From assembly GCA_015055535.1 (NCBI GenBank), contig SVIA01000001.1:15805-79804 (forward strand): 64,000 nucleotides of DNA, written 5' to 3'. Positions 41,901 through 50,900 of this stretch are shown one piece after another. Origin of the DNA: Clostridiales bacterium (GTDB lineage Bacteria > Bacillota > Clostridia > Christensenellales > UBA1242). The notes beneath the pieces are model-generated. The model was not told where the DNA came from. It did not search any database and saw nothing but the letters and a program-made list of their open reading frames with translations. A program made the translations under genes and the position numbers. Within the stretch, counting starts at the first letter, position 1, and every line of letters begins with the position of its first letter.

Positions 41901-44900
41901 ATTAATTCCACCATTTACATATTCAACATTAACATTTTTAAGTGTTGCACTATCTGCTTGTGCAGAAACAGCCCCTAAACTTAGTTGACTTGTAGCTGTA
42001 CCACCACTGATAACATTTATACCTAATTTATTAGATGGAGAATTAGCTAAATAAGCTTCCCAACTAGCCATTGGAGTAGCTGGATTAAAGTTTTCATCGT
42101 TTTTATTATCTCCTTCTTTAGGATCAGCATACATTGAACCTACAACAAAAGATACATTTTCTATTACTGAATTATTAGAAAGTTTTTTAAAGAACCCTAC
42201 GTTATTTATTCCCGCAGCACTGGCATCTATATTTAAGTTATAAATTTTATAATAACTACTACCATGTTTTTCTGCTGCTTCTGAAGAATCTCTAAGTGCA
42301 CTTGATAATCTACCTGTAAAGTTTTCAAGAGGAACCCAAGGTTTTGTTAAATAAATATCTTGAGTTAATTCATAACTACCAGCTCTTAACATATTCCTTA
42401 AATCATCTTCATTTGTAATAGATTTTAATGAACCTTTTTTATTATAAATTAAATAAGGATAAGTTCTATATTCATCTGGTAAACACCAGTTATCATTACT
42501 ATAATTAATAAAACCACAATTTTTAGCAATATATTCACTTAAACTGTTGTTTGTAACACCAGATACACTAAGACCATTTGAAGCAGGAAGTGTAGTACAA
42601 TGTCCAACTTCACAATTTATTAATTCTACACCTGCGGCATCATTATAACCAATCATAGAAGCTAAGCTGAAGTTTTCACTAGTTTCAGTATTTTTTATAA
42701 GAGATACTGCATCTAAAATTGAACTGTTTTGAGCAAAATTTGATGCACCAAATACACTTACTCTACCAATAAATCCAGCATATCCTTTGTTTTTAGTTAT
42801 TAAACCGCTTGGTTGTTTTTCCATATCTTGTGCTTCTAAGTAAGAAACAGTATAAACATGGTCAATATTTGCTCTATTAAATAATCCAACGCTTGAACCT
42901 ACGTAGATTGTATTTTTAGCAACAATATCAACTTTTGCATAAGAATTTGTTAATAAACCTTTATTTAATATACCAACAATACCACCTACATAATAAGCTT
43001 TATTGTTTTCATTTGAGAATAGATAAGCATTTTTATAAGTAGCATCTTTATCACGTTCTAATTGAATTTCTTCTTTTAATTCAACTTTTGCATAAGTTAT
43101 ATAGCCGCTACTTTCACCAGCAATACCGCCAGCAGCATAGTCAGCAATAATATTTTGAGTGTTACTTTCATTTAAAACAAATGTAGTATCGAACACTATA
43201 CTTCCTTCACCAACGTAACCAAATAATCCACCAACTACGTCACCTTGAAGTTTTATATCTCCATAAGTGCTAGTAAATGTAATATGTGCATTAGAGCTAT
43301 CTTGAGTATTAGTTCTATCTATTAAAGCATTAACATAATATGAATTCATATTAGATTGTTGAGAGAATTGTCTTACAACTGTTTTGTAAATGTCTACAAC
43401 ACCAAATAATCCACCAACAAAACTTACATTATTATTTAATTTTTCAGTTATTGTATTGTAAGTATATTTATAAATTTGTTTTTCTGAAATTAAGTTATAA
43501 GTAAAGTCAGTAGTTTGATTATCATGAGTAGCTTGTACTGATAAACTAGATGAAACACCAGAAACAAAACTGTTTCCACTAATTCTACCAGCAATACCAC
43601 CTACTAAATTTCTACCTACAACAACTACTCCATTATCGCTAGAAACATTAATATTGTAAAGTTTTGAATTAATAACTTCACCACTAAGTGTTCCAACGCT
43701 ACGAGTTTGTGTAGCAGAAATTGCGTCTATTTTAAAGTTAATATTTTTAATTACTGTGCAATTATCTTCATCTAATTTATCGTTATAAATGTTTCCAACA
43801 TTATTATAAGTAGATTCAACACCTATTTGTTTAAATAAACCAAATGATGAATAATTTGTAGAATTATTTTTTGCGGCGATTGTAACTTTATCAATGATCA
43901 TTCCATTACCATTTAAGTTACCTGCAAAAATAATATCTTGAAGTTTAGCAACTTCATTTGCTGAACTAACTAAAGTGTTATTATCTATAATACTAGATAA
44001 ATCAATATCTTTAATTAATCTAATATGTTTATAATTAACGTTAGTTTGTCTTATTTTACCATTGAAATAATAGCTATATAAATTATTTGAATCTGTTAAA
44101 GCTGATAAAAGTTCTTGAGAAGTAGCTACAATAATAGGATTATATTTAGTACCTATATTATAAATACTATTAGTATATACATAATTATATTGCTCTGTAT
44201 TAGAACCTTGATCATCTACTAGTTTTCTTTCACTAATTGTATTTACATTTGCGTCATATAAAGTTGGCATTTTGCCTTCTTCAAATACCCAAATTGTAGA
44301 AGATGAATTATCGCTTATAAAGCCTTCAAAATATTTTGAATTTTCAAAACTACCAATTCCATTAGCCGGTTCTAAATATGCATCTTTATCTGAACCATTT
44401 ATATCTCCGTTGAAAGCATAATAACAATATTTAATGCCTTTGTTATTTAAAACAACATTTTCTTCGTTATTACCAGTGAAATATCTAAATGCTTGAGCAC
44501 TATCTCCGCCATTAATAGAAGCTGAATAGCTAGTTTCAACTGTTCCGTTTGTATTATCATAAACAAATCCAGCACTTCTTTTATTTGTAGTAACTTTTAA
44601 GTTTGCATAACAATCTTTAATATTTCCATTATTTATGTTTACAAATCCGCCAGCATAGTTGTTAGCATAAATACCACCTTCAGAATAAGCGTTAGGATAA
44701 ACATGATTTAATCCATAACTTTCTGTATTTCCTTCTACATAGCTTGTAACAACTTGACCGTTATTTTCTGCAACAAAACCTGCAGTATATTGTGTTTTAG
44801 AATTATTATAAATAATAGTATTTACAACAAAGCTAGAAGCAATTTTGTTATTATTAACAGCTGTTAAACCACCAATATTAGCACTAGAATTAATGCTAAT

Positions 44901-47900
44901 TTTATTATAGTATTTTGTGTTACCATTTTCAAATATAGAAGCTTTTGTACCAACTTTAGAATTAGTAATATAACCATTGTTAACACCAGAAATTAAACCA
45001 ATATTTACTTCTGAATTAGTACTTGTGTTTACTTTAATAGTTATAGTTTCGTATTGATTAGCATTATTAATTAATCTTAAATTATTATTTATAATTTCAC
45101 AATTTGTAATAATACCATTATTTGTACCTGCAATAATACCAAAATTTAAAGCTGTTAAATTTTGAGCATTAATATTTAAACCGTAATAATAAGTAGTACT
45201 ATCATAGAAAATTGTAGGTAATAAATTAACTTTTACATTTTTAATTATAGTATCGCTAGATACTTCGTTGAATATACCCAAATTATTAACATTTGTTTCT
45301 GTAATAGTAAAACCTTGTAAGTTTATTGTTTTATTATTACCATCTAAACTAGCTATTTTAGTAGATATACCAGTAAATGAACTATCTATAGTAATATCAT
45401 TTAATAAAATATAGTTTTGACCTTCTTGCATATTTACAAAGTCTTCATAAGAATAAACAGGTATTGGATGGTCAGATGAAGAATATGTTTGAATATTTAA
45501 TCCAAACTCTGTTCTAAATTCTATATCTGCAAAATTATAAACATTTGGAGAACCATTTTCATATATAATGTTTGCTTTTAATAGTAAGTTATTAGTAGAA
45601 ACTGATTTTCCATTAATTAATAGATATCCATCATCAGATGTAGAAACTGTAAAGTTACCATGATTAGCTCCATCTATTAAGTTTGTATAAACAAAATTTC
45701 CACCAGTAGTTTGAGTAACTAAGTTCCAAGATAAGTATGATTTAGAAATCATTTCTTCTAAATGTTGTATTTTTAAATTAATGTTAGATAAAGCTGAAGC
45801 TTTTTCATATTCAGTGCTTGCACTAAATGTTTCATTACATTTTATAACGTCTAACTTAGCTTTTAAAAGCGTTGAATTACCAACATTATTATTTAAAACA
45901 CCATCTTGAGCGCCTTCAACAATTAATCCTTTAATAACAAAATCAACTATTTCAATTTCTATTGGTTGACTATTTGAAGTAACTTCTTTACCATACATAT
46001 AATGAGTAAATGTAGGAGTTATTGTAATTTTTGTACCACTTGTAGATAAAATGTCTGTTGATAAAGTTAATACATTATTTTCAAAGCTTTTAGTAATTTC
46101 TGCATCGCTTTCAATTATAAAGTTATCTTCCCCAAGAAGTAATCCTTCTGGTAAATTTACAGATTTTACATTTAATTTTAATTCACTACCTTTTGCCAAA
46201 TAGAAATTATCTTTTGTTCCATCTGTATTTTCTAAAATTATAGTAGTTAAAGGTTTAGCAATTAACTCTATAGTAGTTTCTATTTTTTCAGTTCCTTGAT
46301 TATAATATGCAATTACAGTTACTGTAAAGATAGTATCTTCTATAACGTTAGTTGGAAGAAGTGTAGAAACATAAATATTTCCATCATAAGAGAAAACACC
46401 ATTATTTATTTTTGATTTATTTAAAGATAATTGTAATCCGTTTTGAATAGAATTTTCGTGAGCTATTACAACTAAATCTTTATCTTTATAAGCTAATTGA
46501 TTAAAGTTAATAGCTACATTGTTATTAACTGAACTTATAATTTCTAGTTTTGATAATTGTGCATAACTAGGATATAAATTAATGTTTAATACCCCTAAAT
46601 TACCAGCAACAATTTCAGTTGATGGAAGTTTATCTGGAGTAATTAAACTGTTAAATTGATCAATTTGAGTTAATGATGAAGCAAAATGATTTAATTCAAC
46701 ACTAATTAATTTAACACTTCTTACTAAAACTTCAATTTCAAGATTTAAATCAGTGTTAGTTTCATCAAAGAATTTTACAGTATAAATTTTATCAGTTTCA
46801 GCACCAATATTTGCTGATGATACAATAACAGTAAATATTTTATCTGTATTACTAGTCTTTTCTGAAATATCAAAATTTAAGGCATTATTTATTTCTTTAC
46901 CATTAGAATCATATACAACAAAATCTAATTTTGATCCATTAGCAACGTAAACATCAAAAGAAATGCTTTCTGTTTCTATTAATTCTACTTGTCTAACATC
47001 ACTATAAATAGATGTTGCACCTGTAGTAACGATAAATGATAAATTATTTTTTAGTAAAGAATAATCTACAAAATTATAAGCAATATTATTAAACTTTACA
47101 TTATAATAAGGAGCTATATTGAAAGTAGTTGTAACATCGCTTAACCCTTTAAATATATGTAATGAATTACTTGAATATATTTCACTATTTTCAACAACGG
47201 TATTGTTATATAAAGCGTTTTCTTTTATATCAGCTTTAAATTTAAAATATACGCCTGCATCTTTACCGTCATTTAAAGAAATACCCAATTCTTTTGTTTT
47301 ATTAGTTAAAATTTTAAATTCATTATTATGTTCGCCAGTTAAATTTAACAATTTTAAACTTTCAACTTTTTCAACAACGCTTACATAAAGTTCAACAGAT
47401 AATTTGTTTAAATAACTAATTGTAATTGTTGCATCACCAGTGTTTACAATAGTTATTAATCCATTTGCATCTATTGTTAAAACGTTTACATTTGAGCTAG
47501 TAAAAGAAATATGTTCATTACCCTCTACATTTGAATTAATAATATTGTTAATGTTATATATTAAATTATTTGTTTTATATATAACGGCTTTATTAACCAT
47601 ATTATCTTCGTTTACTACAATAATATTATTATCATAACCAAAGTAATATTTATTAGAGCTATTTTCTACGCTATTTTTTACAACAAAATTAGCTTCAATA
47701 TATTCAGGTTCAATTGTAATTAAACCAATTCCGTTATAATTTAAATATGGTAAACCATTATTAACATTTGTTTTATATACAAAGTTTCCAGTTTTAAATA
47801 CATCATTACTTAAAACTGCAGAATAATTATATTTTGTATAATTGTTTTTAGTTTCATCTGAGCCAACTGTACCATAAACATAAGCACTGCCTGTAGAATA

Positions 47901-50900
47901 TGTGTTTTGAATAGTTGAATTAGTTACAATACTTACTAAAGCAATACTTACTGATGCATCTGCATTAACAGAATATGAATAAGCGTCTGTAACACTACAA
48001 TTTGTAGCACTATAAACTAAAGCACCAACATCTGTACCGCTTAAAATTACATCGGTATAAACTGCAGTAAACTTAACATTATTTGCTTCAGCCACTAAAC
48101 CACCAACGGTTGTACCTTTAATATCATAGTAATTTTCTAAAGCAACTAAACTATTTACAAATGAATAAGAAATTTCTGTATTTTCAGCCTTAGCAAATAA
48201 ACCCCCAACTGTAGTACCAACAATGTTAGCACCATATGTTGTTTTAGACAAGTTAGCAAGTTCTACAAAAATTAATTTAAACGAACCATTTATAGCTTTT
48301 GAAGCAATACCACCAACTAAAGAACCTGCTTTTGTTGAATTGATAACTCCTTCAAACATTAAATTACTATTTTCGCTAGTAGAATTAAATTCACCTACTA
48401 AACCACCAACTTCATTAGAATTAGTATCTAATTTAACTAATGCCTTAACATTGTTTACGCTACCTGTTGATTCACCTACTACGCCACCAATTATAGCATT
48501 TTCAACATTTACATTAATATTTAAATTAGCTGTAACTTGTTTTTCTTCAGTTTTGTTTAAGTAATTATATCCACCAACAATTGTCCCAGTATTTTTACCA
48601 ACTAAGCCACCAAAAACTAATCCTGAATAATTATTGTTATTATTAACTGTTATTACACCATATGAATTTCCGCCACTAACAACACATTTTTCAATAGTTC
48701 CGTTATTTTCAGCAAACATAGTACCAACATTAATAATTTCATTATTTGCTGGTTGTGAAATTGTAAATGTACTTGGTTGGATTTGTAAAGTGACATTTTT
48801 CACAGTACCATTATTAATATTTGATAAAATACCATAGTTTGCACTAGTATTAATAGATTGTCCACTAGCGATAATAACATTTAAATTTTCGATTGTTGTA
48901 TTTTGTGGAATTTCTGTTCCAAAAACGTTTACATTATTTAAAGTGCCTTTGAATACTAAATTATATATTGCATCTTTGTTTTTTAAGTTAGCATATTCAC
49001 TATAAACAAATTTACCGTTTAATCCCGCAAAATTAGTAATAGTGTTGGCGCTTGTAACTTCTAAGTTTCTATCTAAAGTATAATATTTACCACTAACTGT
49101 AGCGCTAGGATTTTTTAATACATAAGGATAAGCACTAGAGCCATCTGCAACAACTACATAAATAGCTTTTGTTACTGAATAATTTCCATTTTCAGCGTAC
49201 TGACTTGCATTAGCTCTAACTTCAACTTTTGTTACGCCACCAGTTTTAACTGTAACAACACCATTATTATCAACAGTTACGCTATTACCTTCTTTAACTT
49301 CATAATTTAAAGATGGATTTGTAACTTGTTTTCCATTTTCATTATAAACTTCGGCCAAAATTTGTCCTAAAGTTTGTGTATTTTCTAAATATAAATAGCC
49401 CTTATCATTTAAAATATTAATTCCACTTGGAGCTACGTGTTTTACTAATTTAACTTTTAAATTAACCAAATGATATTCATTGCTTCCAGGTAAATCTTCA
49501 ATTCTTACTGTAAAACCAAAAATATATTCTCCATTGTTGAATACGTGATTTTTACCAGCCGCAAATTTAATTTTATCAAATTTACTATCTATTACATCTT
49601 CTAACGTATAATCATCGTTTTCTCTTAAGCTTGCTGGCATTGTATAATTTACCGCAATATTAGATAAATCATTATCATTTTTTCTTATATTCAAATAATC
49701 TTCTACGCATAAAACATTTAATTGTTTATTTAAACTATCAATATCAAGTCCGGCACCATCAACCAAAACAATTTCATCTTCTAAAACATCAATTTTTTCA
49801 ATTGGCCAATAAGTTTCAATATTAAATGTTTTTGTAACAACTTGACCCGCAACTAATGAATTTACATTTTCATTATCGTTATATAAAGTGATTGTTACAG
49901 TAATTGTTGCAGCACTTACACTTTTACCAACAGCTGTTAAGTAAAAGTTTAGTTTACTAGAATTAATTATACCAACTTTAACAACATCTGTATTATTGCT
50001 TTCAACTTTAACATCATAAATACTTGCATTAAAAGGATTTATTACACTAAAATTAGCAGTATTTTTGCCAGTTACTAAACCAACAAAATATTTTGTATCA
50101 GAATTTTCTACAACTTTTTTAATATTGTTGCTAGATAAATCTAATATCATATTATCTTCGGCATTTTCGTCGTAATTATAAATATTAATAAATTTGCTTT
50201 CAGTTTCTAAACCATTTTCACTATAAAGTTTAAATTCAATTTTCCCAGTTTCACCTAAACTTTTAATTGTAAATTTACTGTTTATAACGTCTTGAGTAAC
50301 TTGTACTAGTTCTGCTCCTTTAATTACATTTAATTGAACAAAACTTGCCAATTCAGAATTGGTTAAACCATTCACCAAATAATTTATATCAATTGATTTT
50401 CCACTTTCTAAATATAGTTCATTGTTTGTTTCTGTATAACTTAACATTCTAATTCCAGGATTTAAATTTAAGTCAATTTCTTTAACAATGTTACTATTAT
50501 CATAACTTTCACTATACACATTAGATATAAAAGTTAATTTTACTCCAGTTATTGGTTCATCTAAAGTTTTTGCTTTTATGTAAAAAATAGAATTATTATC
50601 AAAATTTAATCCAGTGAATGTTTCGTAATCTAATATTTCATATTGATATCTAACTTCAAGTAAATCAAAATCATTTTTAGAAATTTCTACTTTATAAGTT
50701 TTATCAAAAGCTCCCGCTTTAGAAATTATAGCATTAAAAGCTTGACCATTATCGCTGCCAGAGTAATAATCAAAAACATTGTAAGTTGTTTGAGTACTTT
50801 TATTTACAACTAATGAAATAGGGTATTCTCTAACAATAATAGGAATAACGAAACTTATGCCATATTCGTTAACCCCTTTGTATTTTAAAGTTAATTCAAT

